64,000 bases of DNA from Chloroflexota bacterium (GTDB taxonomy: Bacteria > Chloroflexota > Dehalococcoidia > Lucifugimonadales > UBA3495), in contig JAPPMU010000041.1 in assembly GCA_028873965.1 (NCBI GenBank), positions 36,056 through 100,055 on the forward strand. Direction: 5' to 3'. The position numbers were made by a program, and so were the translations under genes. The notes under the pieces are model-generated. The model was given only the letters and a program-made list of their open reading frames with translations, ran no database searches and was not told the DNA's origin. Positions 26,587 through 37,137 of this stretch are shown one piece after another; within the stretch, counting starts at the first letter, position 1, and each line of letters opens with the position of its first letter.

Positions 26587-27537
26587 ATGTCGCAGGTCAA
26601 CACCGTCCTCGGTCCCATCGACTCCTCCGAGATGGGTTTCACCCTCAGCCACGAGCACATCACCCTGGGCGCGGCCGGCGCCGCCGCCACCTACCCCGGC
26701 TTCCAGGACCGCCAGGCCATCGCCGACGCGGCCACCGCGGCCCTTGCCGAAGCCTACCAGGGCGGGGTTCGCACCATCATCGACGTCACCACCTTCGACC
26801 TCGGCCGCGACGTGGCCATGATGCAGGAGGTCAGCCGCCGTTCCGGTGTCCACGCCATACCCTGCACCGGGAATCACCTGGCCGTGCCCCGTATCTTCTG
26901 GGGCGCGCCCGTCGACCGCGTCGCCGCCCTGTTCATCAAGGAGATTGAGGAGGGCATCGAGGACAGCGGCGTCAGGGCCGGCATCATCAAGGTGGCCAGC
27001 GACCGGGGCGGGATCACCGAAAACGAGGAGATCGTCCTGCGCGCCGCCGCCCGCGCCTGCAACGCCACCGGCACCCGCATCAGCACCCACACCTGGTCCC
27101 CCGACCGCGTCGGCGAGGAGCAGGTTCGCATTCTCAAGGAGGAGGGCGTGGACCTCAACCGGGTCTACATCGGCCACAGCAACGACGACACCGACGTCGG
27201 CTACCTTATCGGCCTTCTGGAAGAGGGCGTATGGCTCGGTCTCGACCGTTATCCCGGCGGCCGCACACCGGAAACTCCCAGGTGGGAGACGCGCACCGAG
27301 GTCGTGAAGCAACTCATCGACGCCGGCTGGGCCCATCGACTGATGCTGTCCCACGACCATTCCACCCCCGTGGTCCAGCCCTCCGAGGAACTCCGCCGCG
27401 AGCGCGAAGAATTCAACCCGGACGGTTACCTCTTTATCACCCGCAACGTCCTGCCCCGCCTCATCGAGTTAGGCGCCACCGACGCCGACGTGCAGGCCAT
27501 GATGATCGATAACCCCCGCCGTTTCTTTGAAGACTGA
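26587..27537 (+). CDS. Phosphotriesterase-family amidohydrolase
   Basis: VNTVLG, LSHEH, GIIKVA, STH, IGH, LSHD, DNPRRFF. Confidence 0.92.
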   Translation: MSQVNTVLGPIDSSEMGFTLSHEHITLGAAGAAATYPGFQDRQAIADAATAALAEAYQGGVRTIIDVTTFDLGRDVAMMQEVSRRSGVHAIPCTGNHLAVPRIFWGAPVDRVAALFIKEIEEGIEDSGVRAGIIKVASDRGGITENEEIVLRAAARACNATGTRISTHTWSPDRVGEEQVRILKEEGVDLNRVYIGHSNDDTDVGYLIGLLEEGVWLGLDRYPGGRTPETPRWETRTEVVKQLIDAGWAHRLMLSHDHSTPVVQPSEELRREREEFNPDGYLFITRNVLPRLIELGATDADVQAMMIDNPRRFFED

Positions 27538-27563
27538 CCCCCACGCCATTTGCGAGGCCGGCC

Positions 27564-28445
27564 ATGAACATCGGTTTTTCCCTCTCCAACAACCAGGGTC
27601 TCACCAACGTCCAGGACGTGGTGAGCGTGGCGGCCCGCGCCGAGGAGCTCGGGTTCGACTCGGTCTGGGCCAGTGACCACGTGTTCAACGTCAGCTACGT
27701 GTACGAGCGTCTGGGCAACCGTCCGTATTACGACCCGCTGACCATCCTGACCTTCGCCGCCGCCCAGACCCAACGGGTCATCCTGGGCACCAGCGTGCTG
27801 GTCCTGCCCTACCACAATCCCATGCGGTTGGCGAAGCAGGCGGCCACCCTGGATCAATTGTCCGGCGGCCGCGTCGCCCTGGGCGTCGGCGTGGGCGTGA
27901 TCGACACCGAGATCGAAGCCATGGGTGTGCCGTTCGCAGAGCGCGGGCCCTACACCGACGAATCCATTGCGATTATGAAGACCCTGTGGTGCGATGACGA
28001 GCCGCGCCACGAAGGCCGGTTCTTCCAGTTCGCGGACATGGCCTTCTCGCCGCGCCCGGTTCGCCCCGAAGGCATTCCGCTGATCATCGGCGGTACATCC
28101 CGCGCCGCCATCCGTCGCGCGGCCCGCCACGGCGACGGATGGCATCCCACGGCCATGCCGCCGGAGGATCTCGCCCAGGGCATCCGTTACCTGCACGAGC
28201 GGGCCGAACGCGCTGATCGCGATCCGGCATCCATCCCCGTGTCAGTCAGCGTCCCGCTTCAGGGAGGCCGGCCTGGGCGTTTCGCCCTCGGCACGGAGCC
28301 CGCCGAGATGCGCGCCAACGCCCAGGCTTTCGCCGACATCGGTGTCTCTCGCATCGTGGTATCACCCTACTCCGGCGACCCCGCCGTGGTGTTCCCCGCC
28401 ATGGAAACCGTGGCCGCCGAGGTCATGCCGGCGGTAGCCGAGTAA
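27564..28445 (+). CDS. LLM-class oxidoreductase, probably F420-dependent
   Basis: GFDSVWASDHV, LAKQAATLDQLSGGR, RAARHGDGWHP. Confidence 0.88.
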   Translation: MNIGFSLSNNQGLTNVQDVVSVAARAEELGFDSVWASDHVFNVSYVYERLGNRPYYDPLTILTFAAAQTQRVILGTSVLVLPYHNPMRLAKQAATLDQLSGGRVALGVGVGVIDTEIEAMGVPFAERGPYTDESIAIMKTLWCDDEPRHEGRFFQFADMAFSPRPVRPEGIPLIIGGTSRAAIRRAARHGDGWHPTAMPPEDLAQGIRYLHERAERADRDPASIPVSVSVPLQGGRPGRFALGTEPAEMRANAQAFADIGVSRIVVSPYSGDPAVVFPAMETVAAEVMPAVAE

Positions 28446-28461
28446 AGCGTCTGAAAAAACT

Positions 28462-28497
28462 CCCTCTCCCCTGGTGGGAGAGGGCTGGGGTGAGGGG
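28462..28497 (+). repeat. CCCTCTCCC-n-GGGAGAGGG palindromic repeat
   Basis: CCCTCTCCCCTGGTGGGAGAGGGCTGGGGTGAGGGG; single copy in this window. Confidence 0.65.
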
Positions 28498-28527
28498 GCG
28501 TTCCCCTTCGCCATTGGAGTTTCCCTC

Positions 28528-30468
28528 GTGACCACCGCCAACCCAACCATCGCTCCGTACGGTTCCTGGCGCTCGCCCATCACCGCCGACGCCATCGTCG
28601 CCGAGTCCATCGGCATCAGCAGCGTGTCCATCGACGGCGACGCCATCCTCTGGACGGAATCCCGCCCGTCCGAGGGCGGACGTTACGTCATCGTCCGCAT
28701 GGGTCCCGACGGGTCGGTCTCCGACGTCAACCCCGCGCCGTTCAACGCGCGCACCCGCGTCCACGAATACGGCGGCGCCGCCTGGATTGCTGACGCCGGC
28801 ACGGTCTGGTTTTCCAACTTCGACGACCAGCGCATGTATCGCATCGACCCGGGAGGCGCGCCGGAACTCATCACACCGGACGCCCCGCTGCGCTACGCCG
28901 ACGCCGTGCTGGATCACGCCCGCAACCGGCTCATCTGCGTGCGGGAAGATCATTCCGACCCCGACAACGTCATCAACGCCATCGCGGCCGTTCCCGCCGA
29001 CGGCTCCGGAGAGCAGACCGTCCTGTTCGCCGGCTGGGATTTCGTTTCGTCACCTCGGTTGAGCCCTGACGGCTCCACCCTGGCTTGGATGTCCTGGAAC
29101 CATCCCAACATGCCCTGGGACGGGACGCATCTGTGGACCGCCCCCGTGCTCGACGACGGTGCTTTGGGCGAGGCCACGCTGGTCGCCGGCGGTGAGACAA
29201 TCTCGGTGTGCCAACCCGAATGGTCTCCCGACGGCGTCCTGCATTTCGTGGCCGATCAATCGGGCTGGTGGAACCTGTACCGCCTCGGCGGCAACGGCCC
29301 GGAGCCCATCTTCCCCGACGACGCAGAATACGGCCGTCCCCAGTGGACTTTCGGCGCCCGCGCTTATGGTTTCGCCGGGAACGGCAATATCGTTTGCGCC
29401 GTCAACCGTCGCGGGTCCTGGTCTCTCAACGTTGTGAACCCGAACACGCGGGTGAGCTTCCCGGTTAACGTTCCGGCCGGTGAGATGGGCCGGGGCGATC
29501 TGGCCGTTTCCGGCATAACCGCCGCCGTGATCGCTGGCGACTCCCGCCGTCCCATGTCCCTGATGCGGGTCAACCTCCGGACCGGCGATTGGGATACGGT
29601 GCGTCAGTCGGCAGCCGTCGACGTCCCAGCCAACTACATCTCACCTGCCCAGACCATCGAGTTCCCGTCCACTGACGGCCGGCCGGCATACGCCTTGTAC
29701 TACGCTCCTCGCAATCCCGAGCACGCCGCGCCCGAAGGGACGCTACCGCCGCTGTTGACTCTGAGCCACGGCGGACCGACCGGAGCCGCTTCGGGGGCAT
29801 TGGATCTGTCCATCCAGTATTGGACCACCCGCGGGTTCGCCGTTGTCAACGTCGATTACGGCGGCAGCGTCGGATACGGTCGGGCCTACCGTCAGTTGCT
29901 TAACGGCAACTGGGGCATCGTGGACGTGGACGATTGCGCCAACGCCGCCCTGCACCTCGTGCACCAGCATCTCGCCGACGGGGATCGGCTGGCAATCCGG
30001 GGCGGCAGCGCCGGCGGCTACACGACCCTCGCGGCGCTGACTTTCCGCAACGTGTTCGCCGCCGGCGCCAGCTACTACGGCGTCTCGGACCTCACCGCCC
30101 TGGCTGAGGATACCCATAAGTTCGAGTCGCGTTACCTGGACCGGTTGGTCGCGCCCTATCCCCAGGGCGCGGAAACCTATCGTAGCCGCTCACCCATCGC
30201 CTATACCGAAGGATTGTCCTGCCCGATCATACTTTTCCAGGGTCTGGAGGACCGCATCGTCCCACCCAACCAGGCCGAGATGATGTACGAAGCGGTGCGC
30301 TCCAAGGGTATCCCCTGCGCCTATCTCCCCTTCGAGGGCGAGCAGCACGGCTTCCGCCGCGCCGAGAACATCAAGCGCGCCCTCGAGGCCGAGCTGTACT
30401 TCTACTCCCGGGTCTTCGGGTTCGACCTGCCCGACCCGGTGGAACCGCCTCGGGTCGAAAACCTGTAG
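28528..30468 (+). CDS. S9 family peptidase (prolyl oligopeptidase-like)
   Basis: APYGSWRSPI, HGGPT, GGSAGG, QGLED, GEQHGFR. Confidence 0.94.
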   Translation: MTTANPTIAPYGSWRSPITADAIVAESIGISSVSIDGDAILWTESRPSEGGRYVIVRMGPDGSVSDVNPAPFNARTRVHEYGGAAWIADAGTVWFSNFDDQRMYRIDPGGAPELITPDAPLRYADAVLDHARNRLICVREDHSDPDNVINAIAAVPADGSGEQTVLFAGWDFVSSPRLSPDGSTLAWMSWNHPNMPWDGTHLWTAPVLDDGALGEATLVAGGETISVCQPEWSPDGVLHFVADQSGWWNLYRLGGNGPEPIFPDDAEYGRPQWTFGARAYGFAGNGNIVCAVNRRGSWSLNVVNPNTRVSFPVNVPAGEMGRGDLAVSGITAAVIAGDSRRPMSLMRVNLRTGDWDTVRQSAAVDVPANYISPAQTIEFPSTDGRPAYALYYAPRNPEHAAPEGTLPPLLTLSHGGPTGAASGALDLSIQYWTTRGFAVVNVDYGGSVGYGRAYRQLLNGNWGIVDVDDCANAALHLVHQHLADGDRLAIRGGSAGGYTTLAALTFRNVFAAGASYYGVSDLTALAEDTHKFESRYLDRLVAPYPQGAETYRSRSPIAYTEGLSCPIILFQGLEDRIVPPNQAEMMYEAVRSKGIPCAYLPFEGEQHGFRRAENIKRALEAELYFYSRVFGFDLPDPVEPPRVENL

Positions 30469-30476
30469 CCCCAGGG

Positions 30477-31661
30477 TCAGTAAGCCGCCCGCAACACTTC
30501 CATAATCGGCCCGGCGTCCACGATCGTTTTGGGGTTCGTGCTCAGGCTGCGGTCCTGCAGCGTCGCCGTGGCAATGTACTCCAGGCCGTCTTCCGGCACG
30601 CCCACTTCCCGCAGGGTACGGGGCAGCTCCAGCTCACGGCACAACTCGTCAACCGCGTCGGCCGCGGCCAGTCCGGCCTCCTCGTCGGTCATGGTGGAAC
30701 TGGCCACGCCGATGGCCTCGGCGATGAGGCGTTGCCGGTCGGCGCAGGCGTCCAGGTTGTAGCGCATGCTGTGCGGCAGAAGTATGGCGTTAGCCTCGCC
30801 GTGCGGCACGTCGTACAGCCCGCCCACGTGGTGGCAGGTTGCGGTGTTCAGCCCCAGACCGCCGAATGACCCCAGCGAAGCCATGGCGCACGCGGTCTTG
30901 GTGGCCAGTAGCGTGTCGATATCCCTGTCCTTGCAACGGGGCAGGTTCTCAAACAGCAGCCGTATGGCGTGCAGAGCCATCCCGTCGCCGATGGGGTTGT
31001 GCCCGGTGGAATACACGGTTTCGATGGCGATCCGCAGCTGACCGATGGCTGTCGACACCAGGATCCGTAGGGGGGTGGTCGCCAACGCCTGTCCGTCGAT
31101 GACCACCGTGCGATGGGTCACGCCGTCCCCGGCGATACTGAGCTTGCGACCCTGCCTGAGGTCAGTGACGCCACCGCCGCCACGGCTGAACTCGGCGCAA
31201 CCCATGGTGGTGGGCACGCTGACGATGGGCACCTTGGGCGACGGCGTGGGCGGCACGGTGATCTTGTCGGGCGGCTCAAAGATGATGGCGTAGTCCCGAA
31301 TATCGCCGCCCTCGCCGAGCAGTACGGCAATGGCCTTGGTCGTGTCGTGTGTGCTGCCACCGCCCACACTGATGAAGATGTCCGGCTGCGTTTCCTGGGC
31401 CATCGCCGCCCCGGCCTCCACGGTCTCCACCGGAGAATGCGGCGCAACTCCCGAGTACGTCCCAACGTATCGTGAGCCCAGCGCCTCTTGAACGCGCGGC
31501 ACCACGTCGCACGCGCTGAGAATGGTGGGTCCGCAGGTGATCATCGCGCGGCTGGCGCCCAGGCCATCCACAACCGCCGGCAGGTCGTCTATAGCGGTCT
31601 CTCGACAGATGACGTCCTGGTGCAGCGGATCGTATCGGTACTTCAACGTGCTCGTGGACAT
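30477..31661 (-). CDS. Iron-containing alcohol dehydrogenase family
   Basis: GGGSTHD, VPTT, HHVGG..PHGEAN. Confidence 0.9.
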   Translation of the reverse strand: MSTSTLKYRYDPLHQDVICRETAIDDLPAVVDGLGASRAMITCGPTILSACDVVPRVQEALGSRYVGTYSGVAPHSPVETVEAGAAMAQETQPDIFISVGGGSTHDTTKAIAVLLGEGGDIRDYAIIFEPPDKITVPPTPSPKVPIVSVPTTMGCAEFSRGGGGVTDLRQGRKLSIAGDGVTHRTVVIDGQALATTPLRILVSTAIGQLRIAIETVYSTGHNPIGDGMALHAIRLLFENLPRCKDRDIDTLLATKTACAMASLGSFGGLGLNTATCHHVGGLYDVPHGEANAILLPHSMRYNLDACADRQRLIAEAIGVASSTMTDEEAGLAAADAVDELCRELELPRTLREVGVPEDGLEYIATATLQDRSLSTNPKTIVDAGPIMEVLRAAY

Positions 31662-31713
31662 AATTGGATCTCCAGTGTGCAGGGCGGCTAAGGTGGATTG
31701 TCGTCAGAAAAAT

Positions 31714-32142
31714 CTAAATCACCGCCAGGTGGCTTTCATTCGCTCCATGAACGGCGTCCAGAGGAATGCGTCTGTCCAGAGTTACTAGCCGGGCGTCGTG
31801 GGCCACGGCCAAGGCCAGCAGATAAACGTCCGCTATCTGGCGATGCCCGTGGATCCTCCGGACATCTACCCGCGTTTCGTCAAGCAGGCTGATGTCGTCG
31901 GGGATGAACCGGTGGAATTCTACGGACGTGGCAGATCGCAGCTGTTCCGCAGCAGCGGACGGGCTTATCGGGCGAGGATATCGCGGCTGGGACAATACGC
32001 GAACACAACCGTTCTGCGTCAGTGGACAGGATGCCCACCCCTCTTCTGCATTGGCCGCGAACCAAACCGATACCACATGATGAGCATCGTGGTTTCGGTC
32101 AAATAACGAAACCAGAAAGCTTACGTCGTACAGAGACCTCAT
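31714..32142 (-). CDS. vapC: VapC-family PIN-domain toxin
   Basis: LYDVSFL..TQNGCVR..QIADVYLLALA..LVTLD. Confidence 0.85.
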   Translation of the reverse strand: MRSLYDVSFLVSLFDRNHDAHHVVSVWFAANAEEGWASCPLTQNGCVRVLSQPRYPRPISPSAAAEQLRSATSVEFHRFIPDDISLLDETRVDVRRIHGHRQIADVYLLALAVAHDARLVTLDRRIPLDAVHGANESHLAVI

Positions 32143-32145
32143 TTT

Positions 32146-32349
32146 TCAGATGCCCAATTCGTCGCGCCATTCGTTCACCATCTCAGTGGTGACCACGTAG
32201 TCACTGATAGGTAGGGGCCGAATACCGTATTTCTCCAGGTCCACTGCTTCGACCAGACTGACCTCCACCTCTACGGCTTGGCCTTCCGGCAGGCCGAGAG
32301 GTTCGTTAAATTCGATGGTACGTCCTTTGACTGTGCCTCTTCGTTTCAT
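32146..32349 (-). CDS. Probable antitoxin
   Basis: 67 aa directly upstream of vapC; LPEGQAVEVEV and VTTEMVNEWRDELGI patterns. Confidence 0.7.
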   Translation of the reverse strand: MKRRGTVKGRTIEFNEPLGLPEGQAVEVEVSLVEAVDLEKYGIRPLPISDYVVTTEMVNEWRDELGI

Positions 32350-34025
32350 CGCGCGTTCTCTCCGAGTTCCTCGTACATCTTGGTCCGCTCTCTGCGCATG
32401 AAATCCAGTGCTGCTTGCGTGAGCGAACCACCGCCTTCACAGATATTTTCTGCTTCCGAAAAGTCTGCTTCGGCCAAGTCTATGTTTCCCATTTCGGCAT
32501 GAACAGTGGCCCGATACGTATGCCAAGCAGCCAGTTGACCCGGGCGATTCTCCGTTTTGGCGACGTGAATGGCGAAGAAATAATCCGCCAGTGCTGCTTC
32601 CAGATTTCCTTCTTCGTGGAACTCTTCTGCGCGTTTTGCGTAAGACAAGCTATCTTGATTGCGATTAAATCGGCCAATGCCTAACTTGCCATGTATGTCA
32701 TCATGACAGCGATCGCACACCGCTTCATGCTCTACCGGACAGTCAACGGTCCAGCGGCTCCACGGGCGGAACTTGCCGCAGCGTGGGCACGGTTTTCCCA
32801 AATCTGCGCCGCACTCCGGACAGTTATGGTGGGCGGGATGTGTCATGTAGTTGCACTCGTGGCAATGATGCACCGGCGGTTCCCCGGCCGCGGGGTTACC
32901 ACGGGCAGAAAGTGACCAGTCGCGACACTTTTCGGGCAGGCCATGTTCTTCGGCGTTGCCGGCCAAGTCGAGTATAAGGCAGTAGTTACTGCCATCATCC
33001 TTGCGGCGCAGTCCCCGGCCTACCATTTGCAGGTACAGGGCCAGGCTTTTTGTAGGGCGGGTTATCATCACGCAGGAGGCATCGGGCAGATCAAAGCCCT
33101 CGGTAATCACAGCATGGTTGACCACCACCGTAAGACAGCCGCTCTTGAAATCATCGATTGCTTGCTGCCGCTTATCCTGAGGCGTGTCGGACAATATCGC
33201 TGCGGCGGAAATCCCTCTGTTGGTGAACTCCCGTACCAAGTTATCAGCGTGCGTTTTTGAGACGGCATAAACGACAGTTTGACGGCCCGCCGCCATTCTT
33301 CGCCAGTGGATCACCGCCAAAGTGGTCATTATGAAATTGCCACCATCGCCGTCGTCATCGTTGGCTTTTGCTATGCCGCCTTCCGTAAAATCGCCCATTC
33401 CGCCGACTTCGCCGCCGCTAATCCTGTCTTGAAGGGGGGTCCATACTTGCGAGTGAGCCAAATATTCTTCGGCCTGCAATTCCGCTGTCTGCGGTCCGGC
33501 GATCAGCGCGTGAAACAGGTGGTCGAAACCCTCTCCCTGAGACAGCCGCCATGGCGTAGCCGTTAGACCCCAGACACGACCCGGCCACTGCACTATCGCC
33601 CGTTCCCAGCCGCGTGCCGGGGCATGATGCACTTCGTCGACTACCAACAAATCTTCTGGACCATAGTTCTCCCAAATTTGGAGTTATCCATTATTGCGCC
33701 GGCTTACGGTTTGGGCTTTGAGGATGACGACGCCATTGACGTTACGAGGCGCTGGACGGCCGGTACTCCATCCGTCGGTGCCAGCCATCGCCGGTATTGT
33801 CCAGTTTAGCGACAGTCGTTCTTCGGTCTGATTGGCCAGCTCTTCTCGGTGCGTCAGCCAAACCGCCTTGCGCCCGCCAACGAGGAATTCTTTCAAGAAC
33901 GCACCGGCAATCTCCGTTTTGCCGCCGCCGGTGGGCAACTGAGTCATTACCCTCGCTCCATCCAGGGCGAGGGCTTCTTGGGATCTTTCCAGCAGGTCTT
34001 GCTGGTAGGGGCGCAGCGCAATCAT
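32346..34025 (-). pseudogene. DEAD/DEAH superfamily II helicase with Zn-ribbon and TPR-like tail, split by one in-frame TAA
   Basis: LRPYQ, PTGGGKT in 33684-34025; same frame continues after TAA (33684-33686) into DEVHH, TATP, EGFD, QMVGRGLR and CxxC repeats. Confidence 0.85.
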
Positions 34026-34047
34026 GGATTTACCATTGCAACGGTGT

Positions 34048-34566
34048 TTACTGATTCAGCCCCCGCTGCATCCCCCGCAGATAGCCGGCCTGTCCGCCGT
34101 GCTGGTTCACCTCCCAGATGAGCAGGCGGAACATATCGGCAACCGCCATGCTCTCTCCGCGACGATTGGTCATCTGGGTACTCACCAGCGATTCGTCGTC
34201 GTGTACCTCAAGGAACTCCAGCAGGTTGTTTCGAGCGGCGTCGGCATACTCCATGAGCAGCGCCTTGCCGGGGCACTGCCAGCCGGTCAGGTCTTCGACC
34301 GTGTAGCCGAATCCGACGTTCATGGGTTCCGGCTCAAACCCCAATCGCACCGCCCACTCCCGCTCGTAGAGCTGCTGTTCCTGTCTGGCCAGCGATTGCA
34401 CCCACATGTCCAGGGCCCGGCCGTAATGCCACACGATGAAACCGATGGAGTGGCACTGCTCGTTCGGCGTGAACTCGATCTCCTCCTGGGTCAGCCCGTC
34501 CACGTACCGGACCAGCCACTCCCAGTTGGCGTCGAACGACTCCTTGATGAACTCTTTGAGCGCCAT
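34048..34566 (-). CDS. DinB family protein
   Basis: SIGFIVWH and EVNQHGGQAGYLRG. Confidence 0.82.
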   Translation of the reverse strand: MALKEFIKESFDANWEWLVRYVDGLTQEEIEFTPNEQCHSIGFIVWHYGRALDMWVQSLARQEQQLYEREWAVRLGFEPEPMNVGFGYTVEDLTGWQCPGKALLMEYADAARNNLLEFLEVHDDESLVSTQMTNRRGESMAVADMFRLLIWEVNQHGGQAGYLRGMQRGLNQ

Positions 34567-34584
34567 GATTCCCTCCGCCTGCTT

Positions 34585-35559
34585 TCAGGTGGTCCACACC
34601 GGTTGCCGCTTTTCCAGGAACGCCGAGATGCCCTCCCTGGCGTCGTCGGCCAGGAGGTTGTCCACCATGACCTTGCTGGCAAACTGGTACGCCGAGGGCC
34701 GGTCCATCTCGATCTGCTGGTAGAACGCAGCCTTCCCGAGAGCCAGTGTGTGCGCACTGGCCGAGGCGATCTGGCGAGCCAACTCGTCCACCTGCTCCTC
34801 CAACTCGTCGACCGGAGCGATTCGACTGATCAGACCAAACTCCAGGGCTTCTCGGGCTGAAATCGGTTTGCCGGTGAGCAGCATTTCCATCGCCTTTTTC
34901 GGCATCACCGACCGCGCCACCGCGACGCCCGGCGTGGTGCAGAACAGACCGATCTGCACGCCCGGCGTGGCGAAAGCAGCGGTGTCCGCCGCCACCGCTA
35001 TGTCGCAGGTCGCAACCAACTGGCAACCCGCGGCCGTGGCCAAGCCCTGCACCTGCGCAATCACCGGCTTGGGCAGCAGGCGAATGGCCTCCATAACCCG
35101 CGTGCAGGCCTCGAATACCGCCGTGTAATCCTCGGCTTCGCCGTTCACCAGTTCGTTCAGGTCGTGGCCCGAACTGAACACCGGCCCCTCGGAGCGGATG
35201 ACCACGACGCGGGCGTCGGGATCGCCAGCGATTTCGGCGAGGCGACGCTCCAAAGCGAGCAGTGTTAAGAAAGATAGAGCATTGCGCCGGTTCGGGTTGT
35301 TGAGAGTGAGGACGGCTATACCGTCATCAGTCAACTGGTGCATTACTGGGGGCGGCGGAATTTCGTCCGGAGTCTCCAGGCGAATCTGCCCCCGCTCAAC
35401 ATAGATCACGTCGATAGTGTCACCGTCGGGAGCAAAGAATTCTGCCAGAAAAGAAGTGTCTGGCTCGAAGACGTGAACGACTGCGCCAGCATCGCCGGCT
35501 TTCAGCCCATGTTCAGGCAAATCAACGGTGAGTCTAATAGGGTCATGTTCGTTGATCAT
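34585..35559 (-). CDS. Enoyl-CoA hydratase with N-terminal DUF4926-like domain
   Basis: First ~60 aa MINEHDPIRL..GLKAGDAGAVVHV..AEF, then LNNPNRRNALS, FSSGHDL, AAGCQL, AFLEKR. Confidence 0.85.
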   Translation of the reverse strand: MINEHDPIRLTVDLPEHGLKAGDAGAVVHVFEPDTSFLAEFFAPDGDTIDVIYVERGQIRLETPDEIPPPPVMHQLTDDGIAVLTLNNPNRRNALSFLTLLALERRLAEIAGDPDARVVVIRSEGPVFSSGHDLNELVNGEAEDYTAVFEACTRVMEAIRLLPKPVIAQVQGLATAAGCQLVATCDIAVAADTAAFATPGVQIGLFCTTPGVAVARSVMPKKAMEMLLTGKPISAREALEFGLISRIAPVDELEEQVDELARQIASASAHTLALGKAAFYQQIEMDRPSAYQFASKVMVDNLLADDAREGISAFLEKRQPVWTT

Positions 35560-35899
35560 ATGTATCTCCCGATGGGTAAGCCGTAACCAGGGCCGGCCTC
35601 GCTGAGTTGTGTCGGATAATCCTAACGGTACGGACGTAAGGGTTGCGCCCGTCCGGAGTTTCCAGAATGCCGTCAACAGCGAATGTCGGCCCGTGCGGGG
35701 TGTCACGAACATTGACAACTTCATGCCTTGACCCGTGAACTCGCAGCGCCTCCGCAAACTGTTGCCATTGCTCAGGAACGAACCCGAACTTTAGGAAAAA
35801 CTCGGCTTTGTCCCGGCCTCGTGGGTTGTCAATCGAAAGCAAATATCCCAAGATTTTCGCCGGCGGGACGTAAGCGTTTTCTGCGTTGGGCAGTTTCAT
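35543..35899 (-). CDS. DUF6883-like protein (toxin-like)
   Basis: MKLPNAENAYV..KILGYLL..GRDKAEFF..TPDGRNP..LVTAYP. Confidence 0.75.
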   Translation of the reverse strand: MKLPNAENAYVPPAKILGYLLSIDNPRGRDKAEFFLKFGFVPEQWQQFAEALRVHGSRHEVVNVRDTPHGPTFAVDGILETPDGRNPYVRTVRIIRHNSARPALVTAYPSGDTYDQRT

Positions 35900-35901
35900 G
35901 C

Positions 35902-37074
35902 CTACCCGCGCGGCAGGCCCAGCCCCCGGCTCGCGATGATGTTGCGCTGCACCTCGCTGGTTCCGGCCGCGATGGTGTGCGAGAACGCGCGGAGCCAATG
36001 CTCCTGCATGTCGGCTTCCATCGGGGTCCACTTCTCGTCGCGCAGCCCGCCGTACATCCCCATGATCTCCAGGCATGACGCGGTGGTCCGCTGCACCGTC
36101 TCACTGCCGAAGACCTTGGACATCGAGGCTTCCTTGTTGGGCACTAGCCCCTCGCCCTGCATCCACGCCACGTTGTACGCGATCAGCCGTGCAACCTCGC
36201 ACTCGATGTACCGGTCAGCCAGCGCGTTACGCACCCACGGTTCCTGGCTGAGCGGCTTACCATTGCGACGGATGCCGTCGGCCCACTGCCGAGTGTCGTC
36301 CAGGTGCCGGCGGGCAGCGGCGGAATAGTCGATGCCGGAGCGCTCAAAGTCCAGCAACGTCACGGCCACGTACCATCCGCGGTTCTCTTCACCGACGATG
36401 TTGCGGGCCGGTACCCGGACGTTGTCAAAAATCACCTGGTTAAATTCGTGCCGGCCGCCCATGTTGATGATGGGCCGCACTTCGATCCCGGGCGTTTTCA
36501 TGTCCACCAGGAAGAAGCTGATGCCCCGGTGTTTCGGCGCATCGGTATCGGTCCGCGTCAGCAACATGATCCAGTCGCCGCGGTGGCCCATTGAAGTCCA
36601 GATCTTGCTGCCGTTGATTACAAATTCGTCGCCGTCGCGGATGGCGCGGGTGCTCAGCGAGGCCAGGTCGGACCCCGACTCCGGCTCGCTGTACCCCTGG
36701 CACCATTGCACCTCGCCCTTGGCCACCGGCGGCAGGTGCTCGGATTTCTGCTCGTCGGTCCCGTGGATCATCAACGTCGCGCCCATCATCCGGACGCCAA
36801 AATTGTCCCGCCCGGGGGCTCGATGGTAGGTCATCTCCTCGTTGAAGATGGCCGTGCGCACCGGCGAAGCCTTCTGCCCGCCGTACTCCTCGGGCCAGTG
36901 CATGGTGAGCCAGCCGCGGTCAGCGAGTTTCCGGCGCACCTCCAGCGTGCGCTCCCAGTTTTCCTCACCGGAGCCCCGTTCTCCCAGCTCCCATTCGGGA
37001 ACATACTCGTCATCGATGAATTGCCGCAAATCGCTTCGGAAAGTGTCGTCTGCGGTGCTGAGTTGGAACTCCAT
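35902..37074 (-). CDS. Acyl-CoA dehydrogenase
   Basis: WCQGYSEPESGSDLA, NGSKIWTS, TIAAGTSEVQRNII. Confidence 0.95.
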   Translation of the reverse strand: MEFQLSTADDTFRSDLRQFIDDEYVPEWELGERGSGEENWERTLEVRRKLADRGWLTMHWPEEYGGQKASPVRTAIFNEEMTYHRAPGRDNFGVRMMGATLMIHGTDEQKSEHLPPVAKGEVQWCQGYSEPESGSDLASLSTRAIRDGDEFVINGSKIWTSMGHRGDWIMLLTRTDTDAPKHRGISFFLVDMKTPGIEVRPIINMGGRHEFNQVIFDNVRVPARNIVGEENRGWYVAVTLLDFERSGIDYSAAARRHLDDTRQWADGIRRNGKPLSQEPWVRNALADRYIECEVARLIAYNVAWMQGEGLVPNKEASMSKVFGSETVQRTTASCLEIMGMYGGLRDEKWTPMEADMQEHWLRAFSHTIAAGTSEVQRNIIASRGLGLPRG

Positions 37075-37137
37075 GGTGGTACTCTCCTGATGGCGCGGGG
37101 GAGAACGGAACGTTGGTGAGGTTGAAACGCTTAACTT

